From Klebsormidium nitens (lineage: Eukaryota; Plantae; Klebsormidiophyceae): DNA of 64,000 nucleotides. The stretch covers positions 186,001 to 250,000 of the forward strand of contig DF236986.1 in the NCBI GenBank assembly GCA_000708835.1, read 5' to 3'. The notes beneath the pieces were generated by a model. The model searched no databases and was not told the DNA's origin. It saw only the letters and a program-made list of their open reading frames with translations. A program made the translations under genes and the position numbers. Every line of letters begins with the position of its first letter. The stretch's first letter is position 1. Of the stretch, positions 1 to 11,900 are shown piece after piece.

Positions 1-640
1 GAGTTGCATTACAAAGGAGTTCTTGGAGAATGACGTAATATGGACACCAGAGAACTCAACCAAACAGCCTTGGGCTTAAAGCAGCTCCTTGAAAGCTTTT
101 GGTTCTTTCTGGGGCTTGACAGAAGCCCAACAATAGATAGACTCAGCATCACGACAAGTCATCAAGGAGATCTTCCAAAGAACACCAAAGAACACTATTG
201 TAAGAACCTCATCACAGCATTAGTATCTCAAAAATAGTAAGCAATGCAAGGATGACCCAAGAACCGCCGGTTCGCTCCGACCAGTCCAAGGGGGCAATGC
301 TGGCCCAGGAAACCAGAAATGAGAAATTTTCCTCGTGCACCGGCAGATCTCGGCTTGTAAATAGGATTGCAGTTGAGAAGATTGATAACCGAGAGAGAGT
401 ACCAGACACATCCAAAACCAGTCATGTGATCAAAGTAAAGGTGAGCTGTGAATGAAAGCATAGGCAAAAGCGTGAAGATGATGATCAGGGTTTAGATGCT
501 GCGAGGGCTGCAGGCTTTTGCAACCAAGCCACAAGTCTTGACCAAAAAGAAGAATATCAAGAAAGCAATACGTGACGTGGTTGCCTCAAGCTGCACACCT
601 GTGACATGAAGCAGAAACCTATCATGTTCCCAAAGCTGTG

Positions 641-1895
641 TCACCAACCACAGCACCAGGCACTTTGAAGCAGACAATCACTAGGGCTCAATGACATTGT
701 CGTCGCTCTCTTTACCAAGGACGCTGCAGAGATCAGGTGGCGGGCCCTACCAGGTATATAACTGCTGAGACTCCAGTTCCTTTCATTGCTTCCACTGTCC
801 GACGATCGTTGGAGGTCCGCAGCACTCGCACTAGCCCAGAGATCTTCACAAAAAGAGTTGTGGCACATCCCACACTGCATGGAATCGCCCTCCTCGTCGT
901 TGAGAAACGTACACACGGGACAGAGTCTCCGGCCCTCGCCGCTGGTTGCAGCATGATCATGTTCCCAGTGTGCAGACGGCCCTGCCGCTGGTTCTGCCTC
1001 AATCTCAGCTTCCTCAATCTCCGCCATGAGAGGGTGCGACCCTGCAACTTGACTGCGGCTTACGAGAAGGATTCAAGCGAGCAGACGAGCAATCAGCCAG
1101 ACTGCCCGAGCACTTTGGGGATGGGACTGTCATGCCTGTGCGGCAGAACCGACAGGGCCTCGCTCATGTTTAACGAAATTGCAACCAACACTTTGCCCAG
1201 CTATTGCTTCAAACGTTCTTGATGACTAGGATGATGACTAGGACAATGACTGGGACGTCTTCTTTCCCAACAGCTACGCTGCTAGGAGCAATGAAGCCTC
1301 TGCCTGCACCATGCAACAGTCTGCCCCACCCAAAGGACCAAGTGAGGCCAGTATGATTAGAGCACAGCTACTTGAGAAAATATATGGAACAATTCCAGGT
1401 CAATCTGCTACACCCGACTGCTTGCGATTGCTCATTCAACATACTGTTGAAAGCAGGGGTCCTTGCGACTTGCCCAGCTGCTAAGGAAGCTGATGGCACT
1501 CCCCAGAATCCCACCCAGCACACCCTCTTGTTTCTTCCCGAGTCAGCTCTGAACAAACGCGGAACAGAGCACGAGGAATCCAAGGGAACAGAATGCAACC
1601 TCAGGCAAAGCCCAACCACATCTTCCACTCAGCCCTTCCCTCGATTTCTCCGTTGGTCACTCGGCTGCCTCGTCAATTAAACAGCGGTACAACACCCCTT
1701 GCAGATGCGGTAGCCATTCTTGTCCCCTCTCGCCCCTTGATGCCAGTCTATGGAAAGAAGCTGTGCTCTACTACCGTATTGCCTGAGGCTTTGCGGACGG
1801 CTCGGACGGCTAGCCTGAGCTGTCCGCTTTTGCTGCAGCGTCCGAAAGCGTGACTGTGCAAAGTGGACCCTTTCGCTGACGTCATCATCCGACAT
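641..1895 (-). CDS. Partial multi-exon gene containing a RanBP2/Npl4-type (NZF) zinc finger; exon structure unresolved, probably continues past the left edge
   Basis: 862-921 encodes CPVCTFLNDEEGDSMQCGMC (C-x2-C-TF-x-N...C-x2-C). A possible first exon MSDDDVSERVHF... starts at 1895. I could not join the exons confidently. Confidence 0.45.
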
Positions 1896-2583
1896 GGTTC
1901 ACGTGCTAACCAATCATCCATTAGTCGCACCTGACGGCTCAGAAGCCGCCAGCTGGGCACCTCATCCGTGAGCAGTGAGCACTGAGCACTGAGACACTGA
2001 GCAGTGAGCAGTCGACCCAATGAGTTCTGTGCGTCAATGACAAAGCCGGGAGTGCTCTGACGTCTGCAATTCATCTGCTGTGCACCTTTGAACCATGAGT
2101 ATTCCGAGTGCCAAGCCAAATTGCTATGCAAGTTGCAGTTCAGCGAAGTTCCTCAAATTCGACTTGAGTTCAATCAGTCGGCCTATGCAGTATATAGCTA
2201 ATCAGTGTGTCAATTATCTACTATTTGCGTACAACACCCGTACATTGCATCCCTTGCATAATCAGGCCTCTGTCAACCTTGTATGGTTTGCCAGTTTGCC
2301 GGCGTCGCTGTGGTATTTTGCTAGAAGGCCTTTGATGTAATAAACCAATCTTGAATTTCTATTCCGCCAGCAACTTGAATGGCAGATTACTGACCGTTGG
2401 GTGCTCAACGACTGCCACTATTGCGTCAGTGAATGACAATTATTGAAATTGCCAAGATGCCAAAAGCACGGCCTTTCGAGTCTGTGTCGGTTGTCTTATC
2501 GTCTTCTGACATAGCTTTGCACATGCGCAATTCACTCCATCATGGACGGCTGTATGATTAGTACGTGCCAGCTCATGGTTACA

Positions 2584-3342
2584 CACAAGCTACCTATGGT
2601 GGGTACCGGCCGAGTCGATTCCGACTCCGGCCGCCACAAAATCGATTTAGCGCGTATCGAATATCGTCAGTGTTACCGGCGGTTCGCGTCACGGCTACTC
2701 AGGTTTATGTTACTCGGGCGGTACAAATACTCAGAGAATTTTGCCGGGCCGTAAGTAAGTGTGAGGAGATTCTTAAACAGTGTCAGGTTTTACACTTTGA
2801 GAGGAGCATCAAATTGGCACGCAAAGAAGAGCCATATGCAGGCTTATAAAAACCTCTGACAAGCAGAAAAAAATGTTGGGAGAGCGTCATGAAGGCTCCT
2901 TCGAAGCTCCAACATCTTGTTATGTTGAGGACAAATCGGAAGAAGCACCATCGTGGCTGCAAATTGGCCGCCATTGCTTGCTTCTAAAAAGCGCCATTCC
3001 CTACACTCCCGTTTCCATCTTCTGCACTCTCCTTTCAAGTTAGGTACCGCGGTACTCTAGGGTGGTTCGAGTCGGAACTTCCGATCGAAACCATGATTTT
3101 CAAATTTCACGTACGGTCAGACTTGATCGGTACCGTACCGCCGGAAACTCCGGAAGTTTCTGACGATCGGAATGTCAGACAGATTCTAATTTATGAACTC
3201 GGACCGGATTCTCAAGTACCGGTCTGCACGGTCGTCAGTACCGCGTACAGTAATTGTCGCGACGCGACACACCGGTGATTCAAATTTGTGACCGGATCGT
3301 CGCGCGATCGAGACCGCCGATACCCACCATAGGTTGCTTGTG
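2584..3342. mobile_element. 759-bp segment bounded by a 27-bp imperfect inverted repeat (MITE-like)
   Basis: 2584-2610 CACAAGCTACCTATGGTGGGTACCGGC versus the reverse complement of 3316-3342 CACAAGCAACCTATGGTGGGTATCGGC (2 mismatches). No clear TSD and no coding capacity. Confidence 0.45.
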
Positions 3343-3926
3343 CAACGCGCTCGGCATGCCGTGGCGCTGCGTGGCTGCATCATCCAGATCATCCTAGCAA
3401 TTAAAGCGGCCGCGAGCCATGTAGGCAGAATTACATATAGCCTAACTGGCAGTGACTGCTGCAGCTCGTGGTGCCATGCACTCTTCCATGCTATATAAGA
3501 CGATCAACGTTCAGGCTGGAAGCTCAGTTAGTCGAACCAGGTCCATGTATGCAATCTGGCGATTGTCCTTGATTTGAGATGACGTTTGGTCGGTCGAAGG
3601 CTGTACATAAAACTTGCATTCGTAGAATGAGTCCGAGAGATCGTAGCTGGACGGACACACCGTTGAAAGACGTCTGCAGTGAAAGATAGTCGCATCATAA
3701 AAACGAGCCAGCTGCAGCCTTACGCTGAATAGTGACACCGACCTGATTTGAAATCTTCGAGAGCTTTCTGTCGGATATTCCTGGTCTTGTGTTATTGCGG
3801 TTCAATGGAGCGACCGTCCCGTATCAAGCAGCAGCTGGCATAAAGGTACAATTTCCGCTAGACACTTGTTTCTAAGAGGAATTATGTACACGTTCAATCA
3901 GTCGTAAGGCAGGTATGTTGTCTTCT

Positions 3927-6900
3927 CTAAATCTTGTTGGCCGCCCCAACAACGGATTTCCTAAGAGCCGCAATGGTTGCAGGAGGATCCGATGATCCAA
4001 ACACAGAGCTGCCAGCAACAATACAGTTGGCCCCGGCACAGGACGCGGTGTCGATGGTGCTCGGCCCGAGCCCTCCGTCAACCTTCATAAAGTGAGCGGC
4101 AAACATCAAGCTCGACAGCATAGTTCTCCAGTAAGGAAGGACAGAACTAACTAGTCATAGATCGGCAAAGCCTTCAGAAGTAGAGAGCCGCTGTAATCTT
4201 TGAGGCTCCAAGCCTCTCAGATGTTACGCAGGGCAATCCAGCTTGACACGAAGTAGTAGTGACTGCACGGATCATGAGCCCCTTTGCAAGGAATTTCAAG
4301 GCCTTTCGTGCAACCGTGGGGACGTCTATTCAGCAAATCAACCGAGCCTGGCTGCGCTGGTAGCCTAGAAGCACAAATTCCACAACAAGATTTTCAAGGC
4401 GAGTCTTTCGGAGCATCTCAACAGCAACCTTCGAACGGCCAGGCGGCAGTAGTCAGCGACTAAGGATGGGGACACGGAGCGACGGCCTGAAACGCGAGAT
4501 AGAAAAGGTATCCAGAAGCCTGACAAGGTGAGCCAGTGTTGGGGACCAAACAGTCTCGCTGTGAGCTTACTCACCTCGATGTCGAGTTCTGGGTACTTTT
4601 TCCGCAACACTTCCACCTGCAGGAGCAAAAGATTACGATGAGGCTAGTAAACGAAGCAACATGGAAAACGTGCGTGCCATGAACGCCGTTGGACGTGAAA
4701 AGACGCGAACTGGCGCAGACCAGGTTTGGAAGCTCACAGAAGGTCAAAGCAATGGACGAGACGTTGAGATCTGCTTCTTGCAAGAGACACAGTCACTTCT
4801 GGCGTGATCGGCAACATGAACCGTTTTGAAAATCTAAACGTGGACGCGTCAGAGGGAGTGACTCTTCATCTGACAGTGACGCTTGAAGGGCGAATTTGAT
4901 CAACTGGCTACCGAAGCAGGCTGACAGTTCGTCTGGATATGGCCTTGATGAAGGAGCAGGGAACACTAGAAAGAGGGGGCGAAGCATGACGTCACCTTTG
5001 GCATCATCTCCGGCATGAATTTCTGGCCTCCGAAACCGGGCTCCACTGTCATGACCAGGACCATGTCGACAGGAGGGTCGTGCTCAACCTGCGCAAACCG
5101 AATGGGTTAAGATTGTTGTTAGCTTCAATTGTGTTCTCTCGAACTTTGATCGTGGTCAAGGTTGTGCTCACAATCAGCACTGGCTAAATCGTGATACGGG
5201 AGTGTTTACAGGGTCCGTGAGGTTTGGCAAGTCCTTAAGTCTCTAGGCGCTGTCAATGCGCTTACAAGGCCGTTGGGTTTCCAAGGACAGAGACGGAACG
5301 CGAAAGTGGGATGGCAAGCCAAGGGCGAGTGGAGGAAACGACGAGTCAGTAGCCAATGTAAGCTTTGATTGGTTCTTTGACGCAACAAAAGGTTTCATCA
5401 CAATTCACAGTCCGGACAGAGAAAGAGAACCGGATAGAGACTCTGGTAGATGTATGGCGCTCGGAAACGAAGGATTTGGCCTCTGAGTCGGCCGAACGAC
5501 GTTTCTGACTCGACGCTGCCTCCAAGAAGGGTAGAGAAGGCATTGGCAGAGTCGAGAATGCAGATACTTGACTGTCTGAGCGTCGAGTGGGAGTCTGGCG
5601 CAGCGAAGAGCACCAGCTCTCAAAAAACGCTCGGAAGTCAGTTTTCGCCTTGTGAAAATCCCAACCGGCCGAGCAGAACAACCGGATGAGCTCGTAAAGG
5701 CGTTGCGACAACCTCCACATGCAAAACATGAAGGGTTTGGGAGCAGCTATCAGAATGCTGCCCTTCTGAGGGGTCAGTATCATCGAATTAGAAGTTCGGA
5801 ACGTCGTCATGAAGTAAAGAGAAAGAGATAGCACTGACCAGGGGGAAAACGTCTTCGACGGGTGTGCCTGGCTTGATGGCGACTGCGACCCGCATGCCCG
5901 CGTCCTTCACGGTCCGGAGAAGCTCAGGCCACGTGTCTGAGAGGCAAGCGAAAGTAACTAGGTTCGTAAGAGGGAAACGCCATCATATTTTTGCAAATTA
6001 TGCTCCTGACACAGAAACATAGACGGGGTCCCTCATCTTCTACATTTGTTACACCACCTCATTACATATGTAAGTATATTTACATATAATAAAAAGCTCG
6101 ATAGGTTTGCAAGAGAGGCGCTGCACAGAAGATCGATGTTGACAGCGACACAACATCTTGTGAGGGGCTTTTATTCATTTCATCTCACGGGCAATCACAA
6201 CACCTCACCTCTGGCTGTTTCGAGGTGGAAACAGAATTGGGATGCGCCGGCCTTTTTGAAGGGCGCCACGTAGTCAGCGGGGTTGCTAACCATCATGTGG
6301 CAGTCGAGAAAAGCGCTGCAACAAAAAACAAGTTCATGACAACGGTTTGGCTGTTGACCAGGCTGGATGACCAGACTTCTGTCCAATTCTTTGACCAACA
6401 ACCGGGCTGCCTTAACCATGTTAGAAAGTCTGGTCACTGCTCGAAGTCCGATTGTTGGACATATGACGAGCTTCAAACGGGCCCGTAAACAACCATGGGT
6501 TATCCGCCATTACTTCTGTGGCATAGTACATAGTGTACATAAGCTGGAAAGGCAATCAGTACAACAACAGGCAGGAGGGCTTGGCTTCGCTGTTGCAAAT
6601 GATTCTTGAAAAGGATTTACAAAACTATAGGCACGGGAGGCGGTTCTGCTGGTGTCCTGCATTGCAGGAATGGTACATAGTTTGCCACCTGTTCACTCCA
6701 GGGATTCACATTCAGAAAGGCTGCCTCCTCAGAGATAATAATGAAACTTCAGAAGAGCTTTGGAAAGATCAGAGGATCTGTGGGGGTGGTAAGAAACCAC
6801 ACCTTGAATGCTTTCTCAAGGACTCAATCACTGGAGCGCCTATGGTTAGGTTGGGGACAAAGTGACCATCCTGCAAAGAGGAATGCCTCAATTCTGCTGC

Positions 6901-7446
6901 GCTCATATTCTGCTGCGCTCATATTGCTCCGCACAACTGTGAGCCAAGACACAGACTAGTTACGCATTGCTTGCAATCATCTTCGACTTATGTTAGAACC
7001 TGTGTAAACTTTATGTGCAACGTTTAGCACTAAATTGAGGTGCTGCAGAACCCGCATACAACAGGGAATGCTGTTGATTCAAGCCCGTTCTCAATCCTGC
7101 CCTGATAAGAAGTCCAACAGTAGATAGTCATACAGCAACCACACCACAATCTGTGGTCATAGAGCAATCTAGCCTGCAAAGTAATACTGCCCCTTGATTC
7201 CCCAAGCTAACCACTCCACACATACGCTGGAACTCCCAATTGACACTGCTCGCACAATTCAAACCACACTATTCATGGAGGGCAATCAATCCACTTTCTG
7301 TCATACGGTCTGGGACAATTGCTACTCACCATCACGTCCATGTGCAGCCAGTCCGCCCCCGCCTTCTCCATTCTCTCCGCCTCTGATGCCAGGCATGCAA
7401 AGTCGCACGAGAGCATGGACGGAGCAATCTTGGCAGCGGGCGCCAT
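3927..7446 (-). CDS. RPE: Ribulose-phosphate 3-epimerase, cytosolic type, 7 exons
   Basis: Exons 7446-7330, 6870-6803, 6315-6209, 5936-5839, 5088-4996, 4616-4575 and 4082-3927 join in frame through GT-AG introns. Motifs [54 protein letters not shown]. No transit peptide. Confidence 0.97.
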
Positions 7447-8987
7447 TGTTGTCAATTGCTGCAGCTATTGGCGCCCAAATCAGGAGGAAGAGCGAGGGCC
7501 CTGGTGAGGCGGTCATGCAAAACCAACTGCGCGATGTGGCCGTCCTGTGCAGCTGAGCTGTGGAGCTGATCCTTCAAAATTCATAAGGTTTTGTCCAATT
7601 CCTGCTGATCTAGAGTGATCTAGCTAGAGCTATTAGCTTCTTATGTAGCTTTTCAAGGTAGGAGGCTCTGACACCGTCGATTGAAAGGCGCCATCGACGA
7701 CACAAACACAATGAAAGAAGTGAACCGTCCGATAGTCGATTGGGGCAATCGGAAGGCTCGAAGTCTGCAAAACGGTCTGCTTAAAACAGTAAGCAAAATA
7801 GTCTGCAAGTGAAGGACAAAGCTCAGTGCACAGGCTGCCACCAGGCGGCACTACAGTGGTAGGTACCATCTATAATGCGGTACGTGGTTCCTTCGAGACC
7901 ATCCCAATTTGCTGCGTATCTGAGTTAGCTTCACCTTTGGTTATTCCCGCGTACAGTACATTGCAAGTCTGCGACCTCGCAATATACTACTGGCCGCATG
8001 CATTTCACGTGAGGCTTCAAGCTCGAGGTGTAAGCCCACCAGACAATACGTGATCCTACGCTTCTTTGCATCAAGCAAGTGTATTAGACGCAAGTGAATG
8101 CAGATTTTGGGGGATGTCACGGTCTGCTGGTCCAATTAGTAGGAGGGTAACCATATGGTAATATCTGTGGTATGGTTCTATCCAGCCACGCAAGCTGTCA
8201 ACTCGCGGCGAACTCGAAGTGCCTTTTATAACTTGCTCACTCAAACCTCGAAATCCATCTGACCGGGGCGAAGCCCTCAATCATATGCAGTTTAGAGAAA
8301 AATGCACGGACAGTATGGAATCATCCTCCCCGTCTTGTAAGAAGGTTGCAAAGAAGTCTGTCTCAAGAACACCCCGGACCGTTCAAGAGCCCATCCTTCA
8401 CCCAACTTCTCTCAATCCACGGGTCTAAGTGAATGATCTGGCGCATTGATCAAACTCCTCACGTTCTTCTCAAGACTCGTTGACCAGCTGTTCTAGAAAA
8501 AATTCAGGGTTTTATGTTACACAGGGCTCTTGTTTATTGAGAACCGCAGCTTGCCATCTGATACGCTTTTCGTCCTGCGTCTTTCACTTGCTTTCCAATC
8601 TCGTCGTTCCCAAGAACCCTACACCGTCGAAAGTTCTCACACGCTGCCCATTATTACCTTTTCTTTGATTTGTCCGTTCACCTCTGAATGATTGGTCAAT
8701 TGGTGGACCTACAGGCGCCAGGTCATCGGTCTTACCATTGCAAGAGCACTTTCGAACCGCTCGCTCAGACTCTCCCTCTGAGGAAAGCGCTCGCCAGACT
8801 CTATTACGATGTTCTATCCTGAACTGTAAAGAATGCACTCACAACCTCACCCTCAAAGTGACTGTTGCCAGCGGCCGTATGTCTGACGTCATCTGTAACA
8901 CCCTTTTTACCAGCGCGCGCCCAACACGCTAGCCTCGATCAGGCAACCGTATAGGCCTCCTGGAAATTCTTTGGAACGGCTCATACG

Positions 8988-11900
8988 CTATGAGCACGGC
9001 AGGTTTGCGAAAGTGATGTTGTAAACGACGGCTGGACACACCACGAAGAAGAAGGCCATGGCCAGCAGGCCGGCGGGGGGCAGGGCCGCCTGTTGGAATG
9101 GGGGCGGGTGTGAATACGGGCGCAGCGAAGTTGGATTCTTGGATTGTGTAGCGAAGTCTGAAGTAGCGAACTGCCCGATGCGGGCATAGGTCCGAACATT
9201 GATTGGGGGGTGATCTGCAACCTGGCATCTTCGCTTATTCCGGACATATAAGCCGGTGAGACTTAATCGATAGTTCCGAAGTACGCGAGATTTACTATTC
9301 TGCTCCACTCTTAACGCGGTAATCTCGCTACCAGATGGAGCCCTTGTGGGCCCGAGTCTAGGAAACAATCGTCTTGCAAGCTCTTGCAATCCCCCCTCAT
9401 GAGAAACAACCGGTTTGCAGATTGTCAGCCCCTCACCTCCCACCAGTCGTGCTTGAAGTTGGGCAGGTAGAGGAAGGCCGGGAACAGCCCCGCCAGAAAC
9501 CCGCCCACGTGGCTGAAGTGCGACGTGCTGCCGGCGGTTGCGACGGTGATCACGAAGTACAGCAGGAAGATGGCAAACGAGAGCAGCCGCAGGACGGGCC
9601 TGCATACGTATAAGGACATACGAGATTGGAAAGTGGTCATACGCTTTGATTCACTCTTCAACACCACTTGCTATGCTAAGTTGATTCAACGCAAGGTCTG
9701 CTTGCGACGGTGATGACGGAGAAGAGCAGGCAGATGGCGAGAAAGAGCAGCCGGAGGACGTGCCTGCGTAGGTATGAGGGCATGAGAGTTCGTGTCAAGC
9801 ATACGTAAAGGGCATATGCAGTGCGAGTGTGATCGTAAGGTAAGGTGATAATGATTTTCTGGCATTCTTTATCAAGGAAGTAGAGCAAAGAGGTAGCGAC
9901 GCGGAGCAGCAGCAGGAGGGGTCCGCTTAGTTTTGGAGCTATATGAGACATTGATGGAAAAAGTTAGAAATGAAAAGCGATCCACGTAAGAATTGGCACA
10001 GCACTAGGCAAGCCGTTCAGAACGAGACCATCCGCTCAGATCTGCTGCCGGTGCATGTAGTCCCTACCCCCGAAAGTGTGTGCTCGTGAAGGAAAAGTAT
10101 CTGAGATCTCAGAGCAGGACGCGTGAGATTCTGTCACCCCCGAGATACGTGGCAAACTCGCGCAGAGATTTCTCGACGGCAATGGTAATGTTGTCAACAA
10201 ATTTGCAGTAAGAAATCGACGAGAACGCACCGTCGGATGGTTTTCGAAGTCGGGCATGAAGTCGCCGACGAACAGTCCGACCACTCCAAGCACAAATGCG
10301 AACCGCTTTGCGAATGCTAGACATCCTTACAACGTACTTTTCGAAACAGTATAAAACTGCAAACAACCTACCTTCTGATGGTCTCAAAGTTGAGCATGAA
10401 GTCGCCGACGAACAGTCCGACCATGCCGAAGACGGCCCCGCTGGCGCCCACGACGAGCGTGCACTTGTCCTCGAAGAGCGCGCTGAAGAAGTTGCCGCCC
10501 AGCCCCGACAGCAGCCACAGCAGCGCGATGCGCCACGTGGCGTACTTGCGCTCCTGCACGTGGTGGGGGCGGTAAGTCAGAAGGGGCGATGAAGGCCTAG
10601 CGTTTCTCAAAAGTAGATTGAACGAGTTGGAATCCTTCAGATGCTAGCGGTCCGTAGGCACTTAGACAGTCGCTTTTGATCTTTTTGCGTCATTGCAGTG
10701 TAAGCGGGTCTTGCCAGGAAGTGGTCGAAGATGAACGAGCGCAGCATGTTAAGAATGAAAAGAACGGTTTCTTTCACGTCCAGATGGGTTTGAAAAGAGA
10801 AAGTCAATTGTTACGAACTCAAACCCCTCAATTCTTACCAGGTAGAGCTCGAGGAGACCCAGGACAGCACGTTAAAGGTGAAGTCAGAAAGCCGACCTTT
10901 TGACAGGTGTTTCGAGCCTTGAAGTCCGTAGCTCAACCCAAACCTCAGGTCAGACTCTCGACAACCCTCCCCAAACCCTCACCAGGTAGAGGCCCAGCAC
11001 GAGCCAGAGCAGCATGTTGGAGGTGACGTGGTTGAAGCTCTCGTGCACGAAGATGGAGGTGAACCAGCGGGACCACTGGTGCTGCCGCTTGATGGCCGGT
11101 GCGTACCGGCCGCCCCAGATGCGCAGGAAGCCGAAGTCGAACATGCGCCACGATTCTTGCCGGAACACGACGGCCGTCAGCTCGCTGGGGCCCACGTTGA
11201 GCTCCAATTTGCCCACCTGGACCTGCGGAACCGGAACGGAATGCCGCATGAGCGGAGCGGAAGGCGACTGGGGATGAAGACGGAGAGGAGTCCTTGATTG
11301 GACGGAACAGATGCTTGTGAAACGAAGCGGATTGATTGATTAGAATTTGTCGGAAGAGAGTGGGTAGGCAGCGCTCGAAAGCTAGAGAAATGCCAAGCAG
11401 AGGTTCTCAGAAAGCAACTCCTTCTGCCCCCATCCAAACGAGGAAACGCGTGCTCTCTGTCGTCTCTGGCCTCGCATCGCGCAGATTTCGCAAAGAAGCT
11501 GGGATCTTGAAAAGACGCCGGGTTCCTTCAAACTCCAACGCAACGAAAGTTCCGACAAAAACACTCCTTTACTTCGTAGGGCGTTCAATACCTACAATAA
11601 AAGCGCACAACCCACTTAAGCTTCCGTCGACTCACAAGCGTCGAAATATGCAAATCTCAAAAACTTTTAAAGCTCAAACCCCCCACAACAACGTCCGAAA
11701 CACTCGCGGCCTTCTCGTCCTGCCCTACGTAACGCACGTCTTGCAGGGGAAGCGTATCTGCAGCCACCAAACATTGAGTCCCATCTAAACCACCGGATGT
11801 CCAAATTTTTGATTCCCGAAACTTCTCAACCCAAACCCTTGGACTCCAGTCCCCGGAACCTTACCGCCTTTTCGGTCTGCCCCGCGTAGCGCACGTTCTG

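Noticed and set aside
3058-3085. GGTTCGAGTC resembling a tRNA T-arm
   Set aside because: The stem does not close (followed by GG), and there is no D-arm, anticodon arm or acceptor stem.
5360-5425. [16 protein letters not shown] in RPE intron 4, resembling a cold-shock-domain RNP1 motif
   Set aside because: Only about 10 residues match, the rest of the domain is absent, and it lies antisense in an intron; probably chance.
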